A stretch of 64,000 bases of DNA from contig AP026130.1 of the NCBI GenBank assembly GCA_030295235.1, positions 868,001 through 932,000 on the forward strand. The letters are read 5' to 3'. The translations under genes and the position numbers were made by a program. Numbering within the stretch: position 1 is the stretch's first letter; the number at the start of each line of letters is the position of its first letter. This stretch comes from Fistulifera solaris (taxonomy: Eukaryota). Below, in pieces: positions 45,463 to 57,006 of this stretch. The notes beneath the pieces are model-generated. The model made no database searches. It was not told where the DNA came from and saw only the letters and a list, made by a program, of their open reading frames with translations.

Positions 45463-45696
45463 ACGGCTAACGGATAGGGGGTCTTCATAGTTCATGACTT
45501 CAGAATATAACCGGTCTAGAGTTGTAGTTGAGAGTTGACTGTCATTGCCGGACTTCAAAGAGAGCCGAGCGACGAGTGAATAGAGTTAGTCGAGTTTGAC
45601 CATCATAGTCACAACCTTCTTTGTAAACATAATAGAACACAACAAACTATAGCATGTGGCTCGGAAGGTAGAATATCATGATCCCTATGAACTCTT

Positions 45697-48153
45697 CTAG
45701 TCGTATCTCGTTTTCCTGTCCGAAATCGGTGTCTTGTACTCGGAAACGTCCAGATTGCTAAATCGGATGTTAACATGAGTCTTTAAAAGACGCTGTAAGT
45801 ACCTTTGGCGTTCCATGCTTGCCCAGAACGGAATTTTGTCAAACTCATAGTAAGGAACGCGAACAACAGTCCAGCCCTGTCTTTTCAAAATTCGGTATTT
45901 CAAATTGGTATGACCAAGCGCTCGCGGCAGCACTTTGTTGTAGGAACCCGTCGAACGGGCGAAATGGGTTGGTCCATCAAATTCAACAGCCACTTTCATT
46001 CCTGCCGAATCGCACATAAAATCTGTTTCGTGCGTCCAAGAGGCCTGGGACTTCAAAATGATAGCAACGTCAATATCTTCATCGTGTTCATTGACGTGAG
46101 CGACCCCCATAAGACGGAGCAAATCACTGATTGACTTATGTCGTAAGCTGCTTGTCTTAGAACGAGATTTTTCGGCAAGCCATTTGTCTCGCAAAGCCTC
46201 ACGGAACCACGACGGAACGCTTGAAACACATTCCTGACATTCTCCATCGAGAATGTACAAGGCCTACCAAAGCTGATGGGCATGTTCCAGCTGGATTGTA
46301 CCCTCTACCGTACAGGCGGTTGCCGCATCTCTGAAAAAGTCGTTCAGCAACGCTTTCGACTCATGACTGCGATACTCTTCCAAAACTGTCAAGGACCAAA
46401 CAATATTGGCCTGCTCTTGTGCCCCTATGCCCAAAGATTCCATCGATGCGTTGTTCTTGATCGAGTCATAGAGAGTCTTCACCGCCACTTTCGTAAAGAG
46501 ACTATATTCTTTCAACTGTGCGCCGGTCAAGTGAAGCCTAGCTTGCGACCACAGTAAAATACTTAATTCCCACGGTAAGAACGACATGCGCCTGCCATCC
46601 GTTCCCTTCGTGTGAAGAAAGCCAGGAGACAAGCGTTTGCGAGCCTCACGATACAAATTTTCCAAGAGAAAAGAGTCATCGAGACGAGTATGCGCGAGCG
46701 ATAGAGCAACTTGAACAATGTCTGCGCAGCTCCAGCCACTAAAAGGACGATCCTTTGTGGCATCCATAAAATCACTGTTAACTGCATTGATAAAGTCAAT
46801 CAATCCATCGGCCAGTCGAAAATTGTCTGCTTGTAGTGTTCCAAGCGACCAAATTAGTTGCGCGACATCTCTACTCAGAGGTTTACCACCAGTCTTCTGT
46901 CGTAATCTTCTTGTTGCTTCGTACGCGATTTGCAACATCAATTCCTGTGACTGCGATGAGCACGACCGCCCATGACTAGCGAATGCCCAGGCGAGATTAG
47001 CAAGCTCGTTCCATTGACATGACTGAAGTCGTAAAATATTCGGACAAGCCGTTTCTTGAGTAATGGTACTCAAAGGCATGGTTAACGTCTGACCAATTCT
47101 GTCGAATAATGCATCCGTCGGACTGCATTCTTCCATTTCGTCGACTTGCATCACCCCGCTGTCCCAGCTTTCGAAGTGCACAAAGTCAAGCGCTTCGTTA
47201 CCCTTCGAAATCATTTCAGACCCATATATTGTAGGAACAGTGCTAACTTGAGGTTCATGGCTCCATCCGGGTGGTCTTCGACGTCTTCTCAGGAGACCAA
47301 ACGCCCAGCTCGCCATACACAGCTCACCCTCTTTAGCAGCCCAGCTGTCATTCTCGAGTACAGTTTTCAGTTGCTCTGCAATTTCATCAATAATGCCATC
47401 CAGCTTATATTCTGGACCCTTTCTATCATCCTCTCGTAAATCCAATCGTTCGGCTTGTCCTCTGGCACCTGGCGAGACGGCAATTCTCTTTGTTTTGGCC
47501 GGTAAAAGGAGCGGATCCCTATCATAATGCTTCGCAATAGCCCACGCTACATTGCATAATTGTCGAGCGGATAGTTGTTTCCCGATCAGTAGTTGATCTA
47601 AAATATCAAACGTTTGCCGCAACAGCGAACGAAAGGTATCGTTCGTTTCGCTGCCCATGACTTTGGCACTGAGAGTCAATGCACAGACGAGATTGGCGGA
47701 GTTACACCGTTCCGGAGGAATAGATAGAAATGTAGAAAGGACTTGCGTTGCACGCTCTACCGAAAGATGTTTTCCTTGCGACGCGGAGTTCTGTATTCGT
47801 TTCTGCGATTTTAACGACGTGTGATAGCCCGCTTGCCACGGCAGTCGCTGTAACGAAGACGCATTGCTCGGATCGTTTTGCTTGACAGAACTGTTATGAT
47901 GGTGTATTGAAGATGAGTTGGTCGGAATAATTTTCCTTGACTCGACCGTTTTGGGTCTAGTGTTGTATTTGCGACTGATGCTTTTCGAAGAGTGCGCCGC
48001 TTCTCTGCTAAATGAAGTCTCTGAAATGGTTGCCTTTTGCCCCTGATGGACATGACTATAATTATCGCAATGGAACGGACTGGATATGAAAGCCGATGCA
48101 AGATGGCAGCCCACAAGAAGTGCGCAGAAGAACAAAAAGAAAGAAATTCTCAT
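45697..48153 (-). CDS. RAP-domain (FASTK/OPR-like) RNA-binding protein, plastid-targeted; in-frame TAG at 46264-66
   Basis: Helical repeats (RQLCNVAWAIAK, NELANLAWAFA, QEQANIVWSL); RAP domain VAVEFDGPTHF...LKYRILKRQGWTVVRVPYYEF; LASA-F presequence. The two ORFs share one frame across a single TAG. Confidence 0.85.
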
Positions 48154-48979
48154 TCTACTGGTTGCTTCTTTTTCCCTCGTTGTGCTCTAATCAAATACGT
48201 TTCGCTTCACTAATCCACTTCAATCAGTTTGATGTCAACTAATACAATCTATTTGTGAATGAAGCAATAGAACCAAAGACACGCAGAGAACGGAATGAGA
48301 TCAGAGGCGAAGAATAACCCAACCTCAACATACCTTTCGTCTTCATCATCATCATCATCATCATCATTCGTCGTTTTCCTCGTTTCTGTCTTGGTTCGGC
48401 ATTCGATCCGACGTCGCACACGACCATCAAAACGGCAAAGATCGTCTTGTGACGATGAGTTCAAGGTGCTTGAGTACCGGTATCTGTACGACATCTATGC
48501 CTCAGGCTTATAATGCGGCACTCAAAAGACATTGCTACTATATGAAATTAAGTAGTCTCGTGGAACATGCCTGTTCCGCGGAACGGCAGCTGTCGGAAAT
48601 GTGGGAAAGGACTTTACATGTTCCTACAGAGTCACTATCGTACTATATTCTATTAAGTACAATAATGACGTTTTCAGTGGTGGTCCGACTAGCTCCCCAT
48701 CACAAAACATTGGGACCTCTTTCAAGTTCGCTCTGTTCGTGTCTGTCGGAGGAAATAGCAGAAGGCTTGTTTGACATCAACCATCAATAACGCAACCTTG
48801 GACATACCAAAGTGTTCCTTTTTACCCGAGAAACGAAGCAGCTGGCATTTAAAAGAAACACCGCGAGTCTACAAAAGCGGGCGATCAGCGAGAATCGTAG
48901 TCAATCCCTTTTGACTTGCATCCTATTGCAACTTGTAGCCGTTCCCATCACTGTCGATCGTCTCGCTTTACTTTAAAAC

Positions 48980-49870
48980 ATGGTTTTCCTTCAGAAGCAA
49001 TTCATTTCCTGGAAGATCCTTCTTTTGATAACATTGACAGCTGTACATTCATTTAGCCCCTATCGGACTTCATCGAGTCGAATACACAAACAACATGCGC
49101 ATAAACTTTCTTCAATACAACACTCCGCAACAATCGACTCGAGCACAAGGCAACGATCAATACAGAGAATGGTATCCACAACAACTCCAGAGTCACTCAC
49201 ACCTTGGGAAGAACACATGATTGAGAAAATGACAATATGGTATGACAAAGCCCTTACGTTAAAATGCCCTTTCATGAGGCGGAGGGCCTCCGATATATTG
49301 GATAGTTTGGATTACGTGCTACGTTATTATTTGGTGCAAAATCCCTCTCTCATGGGGCCTCCTTTGGCGTATCGATGTATTGGTGATACCTGTGAGAAGC
49401 AATTTGGTTTAACTGTCGAAGAGCTGGCGGAGGAAATACGAAAAGACTGGCGGGAAGAGACACGGAAGGGCTACTATATCACCGGGAAGGTAAACACCGC
49501 CATCTATCGAGATGACTGCATGTTCAATGGCCCAGATCCAGACATGCCGATTCGAGGCCTGCGGAAGTATTTGAACGCCGCGTCACAGCTGTTCGATCCC
49601 AGCAAAAGCGTCTCGGAGTTGTTGTCATTAAAGGTAGAAGGCCGGGTCGTTGTGGCAAAATGGCGCATGAACGGCAGGTTACGACTTCCCTGGAAACCGT
49701 GGATGCCCGAAGTTACGGGAACGACTACGTATTATACGGATATGAACGGTTTGATCTGTCTACACGAAGAGACGTGGGATATCTCTGTATTCAGAGCTTT
49801 TCTTCAAACGTTGTGGCCAGAGGCCGGCGAACTAATATGGGGCAAGAGGACAGGCCCTGAACTGCCATGA
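48980..49870 (+). CDS. DUF2358/SnoaL-like protein, probably plastid-targeted
   Basis: YYITGKVNTAIYRDDCMFNGPDP...GLRKY...WRMNGRLRLPWKP...GTTTY...HEETWD; signal peptide ending VHS-F. Confidence 0.8.
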   Translation: MVFLQKQFISWKILLLITLTAVHSFSPYRTSSSRIHKQHAHKLSSIQHSATIDSSTRQRSIQRMVSTTTPESLTPWEEHMIEKMTIWYDKALTLKCPFMRRRASDILDSLDYVLRYYLVQNPSLMGPPLAYRCIGDTCEKQFGLTVEELAEEIRKDWREETRKGYYITGKVNTAIYRDDCMFNGPDPDMPIRGLRKYLNAASQLFDPSKSVSELLSLKVEGRVVVAKWRMNGRLRLPWKPWMPEVTGTTTYYTDMNGLICLHEETWDISVFRAFLQTLWPEAGELIWGKRTGPELP

Positions 49871-50290
49871 GGCTTTAGTTTTCACCTTCTTATTGTACAG
49901 TATCAAAATAACTCTAAACTTTTCAAACTATTATACCTATTGCACTCGAGAAAGGGTGAAAGCAAAATCACCGTGTAGAGCACCTCGTCTTCATTTGCTA
50001 CGAGGAAGATCTGCGACAGGACAACTTGCGTTTCGATGAACCAATCAGACTATGAAGCAGTTGTCTATAGACAGGCTCTCTAGCTATTGACGGGATACGA
50101 ATGCGAAACCTAAACCGCCAAAGGTAAAACAGGATCGGATCTTCAACGTTCGATCGTCACTCGTCCGTCGCAAAAAGAGAAAAGAGTGATACAATGACGC
50201 CAGACTCGTGACTGAGGATTCCCTTTCGAAAGTACAGTAGGTCTTTGCGTTTGTCCTTCGTCAGTGTCCTTGTGTGAGACGCGCAGGAGC

Positions 50291-50430
50291 ATCTTTCGGA
50301 AAGCAGCCTTTTTCCGGGTGACTTTTCCCAAAGCAGCCAAAGGGATTACAACACGGTGAAAATCACGTGCATTTTCAGCCTACGGCTGCTTTGGGAAAAG
50401 TCACCCGGAAAAGGCTGCTTTCCGAAAGAT
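50291..50430. repeat. Long inverted repeat (47-48 bp arms, 45-bp spacer)
   Basis: 50291-50338 ATCTTTCGGAAAGCAGCCTTTTTCCGGGTGACTTTTCCCAAAGCAGCC is the reverse complement of 50384-50430, except for one T in a homopolymer run. Confidence 0.95.
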
Positions 50431-50622
50431 TCCCGACGCGCAGACACGCACACCGCACAAAACCGCATCGACTTTCAAAAGGGTTTAAATTTTGTGTTAT
50501 TGCTTCTCTTGTATAGATTGCCGACCACTGTTTTACGACAATAACTCCCTCGTAGGCCAACAGAGCATGATATAGGTGCAAGACGATTCTTTATAGCCAA
50601 ACAAGCATTCCTGGTGAATTAC

Positions 50623-52704
50623 ATGACGACGGAAAATATTGTCGGCTTCGTCGAACTGCCCAGTGCCACTGACAAGCTGTACTGCTGGAAGGTTCGAGAT
50701 GGTTCATCGGTACGCGTAGGGGAAACAATAGGTCTCATCAGTAAAAATGCAAATGAGTCAGCTGCTGATTTGATCATGAGCAACGTAGTAGTCAGCGCAG
50801 TCAAATCGCACAAACGTCCTAAGCGACGAATGCGACCTGGCGATACGGCCGTCGCGGCTTCCGAGGAGACGAAGACAGCAGACAGCATAACAACAAACAG
50901 TGCCGCAGAGAGCGCATCGACCAGTGAGTCCAAGCAAGATTTGTGCCCTCTCATTTGCCGTGCCGACGGAATTTTACGAATAGGAAGCCCCCTTAGCACG
51001 ACAGAAGGACAGAACTCGGCTGTCGTCATTGGATACATTGTCAAATGCTTGCATCCGACGGTGATTGAGGGATTGTGTGCCGTTTGCGGGAAGTCTATGG
51101 AGCTACCGACATCAAATAATGGAGCATACTCGCCGGAAAAGATCGACGGCTCTGTCAACATGTCGCGTGTGACTGTTGCGGGTCTGACTGTCGCCATCAG
51201 CGAATCGGAGGGACAACGGATGGCCGAGGAAGATGCTGAACGATTACGGAGCCAAAGAAAGCTTTCGCTGGTATTAGATTTGGATCATACGCTGGTGCAT
51301 GCGACGAACGATGTTCGCGCTCAACAGTACTTGCACCGCGAAGACGTTCGAAGTTTGGTGCTGCCCATTATAACAGTTTCGGGAAATGGACAAGAGCAGA
51401 CAATGCCGAAAAATAATTTGTGGATACAGCAACACTTTGTTAAATTGAGACCTCACGTGAAAGAGTTCCTGGAGATGGCTTTGTCTTTGTACGAAGTTGG
51501 AGTATACACTGCTGGAACGAGGGAGTATGCCGAACAAATAACAATGATGCTGGCTCGGCATTTAGTTGGAGCGACGAGAGACCAGACCGATCTCGAACAT
51601 TTGCGTTACCAGGTACAATCTGCCGAAAGCGAATATGCACGACACGAAGCAAAGAGTGGCGGAGACATCGATCAAGTAAATGATGCCGATCATGCTGATG
51701 AAGTAGGAAACCAAGCAGCTGAAACTACAGAGGGTAAGAGCAGAAAGCGAAAGCGTGTCACATTTACAGCCTCAAAAACGGATGAAAAGACGGATCGCGT
51801 AACCGCTGAAAAGGTGACTGAAATGAAACAAGAGCTAGAAGGGGCGGAGCGATTGGAAGTCGAGGCACAAGAAATGAGGCAAAAGCTTTTCGGCAGCCGT
51901 GTAGTATCCAGAACAGATGTCGGGGATCTAGGCAGAGACGTGAAAAGTTTGAAGCGTGTTTTTCCCTGCGGAGGAACGATGGCGGTGGTCGTGGATGATC
52001 GCGAAGACGTCTGGGCAAATGCTGGCGAGGTGACAGGAGCAACTCGCAAAGGCGAACCACCTGAAAATTTGCTCTTGGTGCGACCTTATCATTGGCAAAA
52101 TTTTGTTGGCTACGCCGACGTTAATAATGCCGCTGGTTTCGATTTGACTAGATCAGAAAATGAAGGCGATGACGAATCTGATGAACAACTTCTGTGGACG
52201 TCTGACATTCTGAAGCGACTGCACACTCGTTTCTATGACAACATTTCTGAAGACAAAGACAAAACAGTCGCTGATGTGCTACGAAGCATGCGTCAAGAAG
52301 TGTTGCTAGGTGGTTCTCTTGTTTTATCTGGGTTAATACCTCTACATAAACAAAAGGTCGAATCCAATGGGCCACGTCCTGCAGTCCTCCGATACGCCGA
52401 GAGCCTTGGTGCAAAAGTGCTTCCAAATGTCACCAGCGATACCACCCATGTCGTGGCAGCCAAAGATGGCACCGACAAAATTCTCGCTGCGCGGCAAATC
52501 CCCGGATGTTTTGTCGTGAAGGCATCCTGGCTCATGGAATGCGTATGGACGGTAAAAAGAAGAGATGAGGAGAAGCATTTACTAGGTCCTTCACCGCGAA
52601 GCAACCCTGCAAATTTGCCCGCTAATGATAGCGACGACGACGATGATGATTATGACGATGATCTGGCAGCAGAACTGGAGAACGAGATGTTAAACGATGA
52701 TTGA
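50623..52704 (+). CDS. FCP1: RNA polymerase II CTD phosphatase FCP1/CTDP1
   Basis: CLHPTVIEGLCAVCG, LSLVLDLDHTLVHA (DxDxT), VKLRP, YTAGTREYA and VVDDREDVW; C-terminal BRCT domain (THVVAAKDGTDK...WLMEC); acidic tail. Confidence 0.95.
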   Translation: MTTENIVGFVELPSATDKLYCWKVRDGSSVRVGETIGLISKNANESAADLIMSNVVVSAVKSHKRPKRRMRPGDTAVAASEETKTADSITTNSAAESASTSESKQDLCPLICRADGILRIGSPLSTTEGQNSAVVIGYIVKCLHPTVIEGLCAVCGKSMELPTSNNGAYSPEKIDGSVNMSRVTVAGLTVAISESEGQRMAEEDAERLRSQRKLSLVLDLDHTLVHATNDVRAQQYLHREDVRSLVLPIITVSGNGQEQTMPKNNLWIQQHFVKLRPHVKEFLEMALSLYEVGVYTAGTREYAEQITMMLARHLVGATRDQTDLEHLRYQVQSAESEYARHEAKSGGDIDQVNDADHADEVGNQAAETTEGKSRKRKRVTFTASKTDEKTDRVTAEKVTEMKQELEGAERLEVEAQEMRQKLFGSRVVSRTDVGDLGRDVKSLKRVFPCGGTMAVVVDDREDVWANAGEVTGATRKGEPPENLLLVRPYHWQNFVGYADVNNAAGFDLTRSENEGDDESDEQLLWTSDILKRLHTRFYDNISEDKDKTVADVLRSMRQEVLLGGSLVLSGLIPLHKQKVESNGPRPAVLRYAESLGAKVLPNVTSDTTHVVAAKDGTDKILAARQIPGCFVVKASWLMECVWTVKRRDEEKHLLGPSPRSNPANLPANDSDDDDDDYDDDLAAELENEMLNDD

Positions 52705-52709
52705 CAAGC

Positions 52710-53603
52710 TCAGAGCTCGGAATGGTGGCTTTTCTCGGTGTGATCGTGTTCTTCGATGTAGGAAACCATGTATAGGAAAGCAATCCCTGTCACGAAACTT
52801 GCTAATTGCAAAGCCCGGAATAATATAGGTTGCTCTTCTTCCAACACTTCCGGCAGCAAGGTTGTTGCCGCTAGGTAGAGAAATCCTCCCGCCGTTATGA
52901 ACAGCAGGATATCAACATCCCATTCTTCCGACAAATACAAAGCCGAAGCAGTGCCCAGGAAAGCCGCCACGGCCGTTACAAACTGTGCCGCAATGGCTTG
53001 GTTTCGGCTATAACCCGCTCGCACCAGCGTACAGAAATCTCCCAATTCGTGCGGAACTTCATGAAACAATACCGACACGGAGGCGAGCCCTCCACGGCTC
53101 CGTAATAATTCCCCAACAGATAACGTAGACGCTGTTTTGCCGTAAACTGCATAACTCGCCCCGATCGCTAGACCGTCTGTGAAGTTATGAAGGGCGTCGG
53201 CAGCCAAGTTCAATAGAACCGTAGATTGATGTAGTTCTCTGTGTACATGCTTGTGATTATCGTTGTGATCGTGATGATGTTTTCCTGGATCCAGCGCGCG
53301 AATGAGCATATCCGCCGCCAGAAACACCGTAAAACCGCACAACACCCACAGACCGGCCTCGCCGTGCGGTGATTCTTCATGATGCTGATGCTCGTGATGA
53401 TGATGATCATCATGACCTAATGTGTGAAGAAAAACATCTCCCAGTAAACCTCCCGCACTCATAGCTTGTCCCAGGGAAAGAAATTTGGACTGACCGCCTT
53501 CGCCGGCTCCGTAACTCGGAAACAACAGCAATATCACATTCGGAACGAGACTAATGAATCCTGTGGAGAGCAGCGCAGCCGCCGTGATGCTGGGATTCAT
53601 CAT
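52710..53603 (-). CDS. ZIP-family zinc transporter (ZIP7/KE4-like)
   Basis: GGLLGDVFLH, His-rich loops, LNLAADALHNFTDGLAIGAS and HEVPHELGDF (LIV-1 HEXPHEXGD motif). Confidence 0.93.
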   Translation of the reverse strand: MMNPSITAAALLSTGFISLVPNVILLLFPSYGAGEGGQSKFLSLGQAMSAGGLLGDVFLHTLGHDDHHHHEHQHHEESPHGEAGLWVLCGFTVFLAADMLIRALDPGKHHHDHNDNHKHVHRELHQSTVLLNLAADALHNFTDGLAIGASYAVYGKTASTLSVGELLRSRGGLASVSVLFHEVPHELGDFCTLVRAGYSRNQAIAAQFVTAVAAFLGTASALYLSEEWDVDILLFITAGGFLYLAATTLLPEVLEEEQPILFRALQLASFVTGIAFLYMVSYIEEHDHTEKSHHSEL

Positions 53604-53961
53604 TTACTATAGGGTTTTTCGTTTGATGCAGATGATATGGTTATACGAAGCTGAAGTCTCGGTTCGAATGAATAAAGTCTCGCTTTCGCAGTTGTCGATT
53701 TCGACGAGCAGCGTCGTCAACAAAATCATCGCATCGAAGCTGCTCAACGGTCTGTCCTTGGGTGCAGCGCTGAGGGCGATCCTTGGATCTTTTAATACCG
53801 GTACGATCTCAAAAGGCCCGAAAAGCACATACTATTTTTTCAAATCACATGTATCGTACATTTTAGAAGAATAGTTGAGTACCGCTCCGTAAGGGGGAGT
53901 TTTTCTTTCATTATTTTCAAGAATTCCGCCTCGGGGGCCGAGAGAACATGTGCCCATCGCG

Positions 53962-56096
53962 ATGAACACAAAATCATCGACGATGAGATACGTCTTACAT
54001 CTAATAGTGGCGTGGATACTATTCATTGTACGAGCGGACGAGCCATGCTCGGAGAAGGGATGCTTCACGCGCGAAACCATCCAGGTTTTCAAATCATTCA
54101 TCGGCAATCGCCTTTTTAGCGGTCGCCGGCTGTTTAACCGAATGGAAGCCTGTTTCGAAAAGCACGTGGCCGATGGGATTGATATGATGACTGTCTCTGA
54201 TACGTATTGGAATAAGCTTGTTGCTTACGGAGTGCAGAAAGGGATTGACGGGGATTCATGGCCCGGATTCATCGGCTTCATTGAAGACAAGCCAACGCCA
54301 CTGATATCGAAGCGAAATCTCAAAAAGTTTCCCAGTTACCCTCCAGAATCGGTGAATATCACAGTTCTCGAGCCATGCAATACTGTCTCTAACTGGGCAT
54401 TTCATCAGGCTATGCTCGAATTGTGTGAAAGCAATTTGTGGTCCTCCGAAAAGAATGGTTCACCGGATTGATTCGAGCGTTTCACTTCATGGGACCAGGA
54501 AGTATCTTCATGCATGCTTCCGGGACGCAGGTCGGCGGAGTCGCGGACAATGAAAGTATACGGCAACTGGCGTTTTGGTATTTGCAGTACGGCTTGCAAG
54601 AGTTGCCCTATGATCCCGTCATTCACGATCTTCGTGAAGACCCGCTTCGCGATCAGCTCTAGAAGTGATTGCGGATGTGAACGAAATGTTTTTAAGTGAG
54701 CCGGTGATTACTTGGCAGCAGACAATCTTAGATTTCGATACGCCTGCGTAAGTACAAACAATTAGGACTCGCGTGATTGATTGACATTCAATCGTTCCCA
54801 AACAGTTGAAAAGCTGACGGACGTATTGGCTGGATTGCTCGTCGCTGGAGAAGACCTTGCTTTCATTAAAGAGCGCTTCAGTCCGACTGTGCGCGAAGCC
54901 ATTTTGCAACAAAATATTAACACAGGTCCTCTCGACCGACTTCAGCTTCTCTTACAGTTTACAGGATTGATGACAAAAATGGTACGTGCGAGACAAACCT
55001 ACTGAACTCGAAAGTAATTTGGACTGCAAACTCAATGGTATCATCGCTATGAAATCAGATTTGGGCATTTTATTGGCAGGAAGACACTATTGTTGGCGGT
55101 CATTTAACTCGACGCTGGGACAATATTTTGGGTTCGGCGGTCACCCCCTTGGTCAATGCACTGTCAAACGCCATAACTGGATTTGATCGAAGCAAAGGTC
55201 TTGCTCTGCAACTATCTAAGAATGCATACCCAGGCGATATTCGTTGTAACCGACGCCAACCACACAGCAAGTGGCACGAGATTGCCGCAAATGGATTAGT
55301 CGATGTAGCCCTGGCAGCGAATAGCGTGAATAGATTGCTGGCAGGAGGCAGCCTCGAGCGATCGCTGCCTACGTCGGTGAACTCTGTCATACAGTGCTTC
55401 CAAGATGGCTGGTCGGCTCAACGCAATGTTCCATCCGACGAAAGATTGTTCTCTTCCTCGTCTCAAGATGCTCTCCTTGGAGGTATTGTCGAAGAGTGCG
55501 CCGCTCCAAATTTATTTGATTTGGGCAAATTTCTCTTATGTTTGACCGGTAAAGCCGTCCAACTCAGCAAAACCACCACGGCGTCAACTCAACTAGAGAC
55601 GTGTCTCATAAATCATAACTGCATCGATCTCGACGGTACAGACCTCAATATAACTCGCTTTCACGAGTGCTTGTTTGGTGAAGACAGCCCGCTATGCAAA
55701 TCTTTCGTGTCATCGTCAGTGACAACAAATCAAGAAGAATGTTTGACGAAATGCAGCACTGACTACCTTTGCGCGATGACCTGCCTTCAAACCAACTTCT
55801 CACCTTTGTTTAGTCACACAATAAGTTGTGCAACCGTTCTCTCCGCGTCCAATCCAGCCGGCGCAGCAGTTGCTGACTGCCAAAAACAATTTCGAGGTGA
55901 AACGAATACAGCAACAGCTTTGCTGACGATGCTGAAACGATTTGCTTCCATCTCTCAGAATTCATGTTCGAAGGAGCACGAAATCGTATTGAGAAACTTC
56001 TCAGCCGCCAAGGCATGCTTCCGCGGTTGTCGCAAAGCCGATGATGAGATACCGGTAGACTTTCCCTGCGTTATCCAATGCATGGCGTTATCATAA
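53962..56096 (+). CDS. Secreted/membrane protein with CREST (alkaline ceramidase-like) motifs and Cys-rich C-terminal domain; intron 54982-55058, probable intron near 54748-54805, frameshifts near 54450 and 54645
   Basis: Signal peptide, then EPCNTVSN, GPGSIFMHAS..D and HSKWH in CREST order across joined ORFs. The second intron splices in frame to IWAFYWQE. Confidence 0.6.
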
Positions 56097-56170
56097 ATGT
56101 AACTGTTCATTTTGTACCGGCTTCGACTTTGCATCATCATTCAATAGACAATGATGCTATAACTCGGCTA

Positions 56171-56788
56171 TTACTCGTCCGATTGGAATCGAACCCCCGT
56201 CTTCTTCATCATATCTTCCAACTGGCTTTCAATGCGCTTCGCTTCTATTAAATCTCCCTTGTCGGCTGCTGCATTCAAATCCAGTCGAAGCCGTTCCAGA
56301 GTGCCTTCCGGTCTTTCTTGCCCAGCCACTTCTACGAAATCCAAGGTAGGTAACTTGAGCCACGGAAGAGGATCCCTTTGAACCGCTCGATCCGAGTCCT
56401 GCATAGCGAAACCAGAGCCATTGTATCCCGACCCATCTTTGAGAAAAGCGCCCAGTCCCGACTTTTTCTCTTTCCCATTCAAGAGCTGGCTAATCCATCC
56501 GTTTGCGGCAAATCCGAGAAACAAGGCCACTATCAACACCAAGGGGACGAACCCATCCGGTAAAAATAAAGGATCCTCTACAAAAGTAGTTGGTAACGCA
56601 GTAGTAATGCTCCGATGGGGTGCTATCGTGGCGGCCGTTGTCCGCGGCGGAAAATGGACAAGGTGGAAATTGGGCCTTGTCGAATACGTCCCTTGGGGAA
56701 AGCTAGTAATCCAAGCAGCGGTGGTCTCCGCATTCAGTGTCACCCTAACGATCAACGCCCACAACGAAACACCAGAGAATCGCAGCAT
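56171..56788 (-). CDS. Hypothetical single-TM protein, probably plastid-targeted
   Basis: 205-aa ORF with a signal-like N-terminus (TAA-W), a TM helix and a low-charge GLGAFLKDGSGY...DPLPWLKLP segment. Confidence 0.65.
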   Translation of the reverse strand: MLRFSGVSLWALIVRVTLNAETTAAWITSFPQGTYSTRPNFHLVHFPPRTTAATIAPHRSITTALPTTFVEDPLFLPDGFVPLVLIVALFLGFAANGWISQLLNGKEKKSGLGAFLKDGSGYNGSGFAMQDSDRAVQRDPLPWLKLPTLDFVEVAGQERPEGTLERLRLDLNAAADKGDLIEAKRIESQLEDMMKKTGVRFQSDE

Positions 56789-56870
56789 CGTATCGTAGCT
56801 TAAAACATACAGAATAGTTTGTTATTCTGAAGAACAAACAATATGCGCAACTCCTCGCATTGCCGATTGG

Positions 56871-57006
56871 TAATACGTAATACGTAATACGTAATACAGG
56901 TGGGCGGTGGGCGGTGGGCGGAAGTTGAAAGACAAGCGCCATTCTGCACGGAGTATGGTCATGGACCGGTCATTTTTGTCGTGGGTCGTTAGTCGTTAGT
57001 CGTTAC
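56871..57006. repeat. Short heptamer microsatellites (TAATACG)n, (GGTGGGC)n and (GTCGTTA)n
   Basis: Directly visible 3-4 copy runs in the divergent intergenic region. Confidence 0.8.

Noticed and set aside
48239..48513. ORFs with poly-M, poly-D or poly-S tracts
   Set aside because: Translations of a (TCA)n microsatellite near 48343-48366 in an intergenic region.
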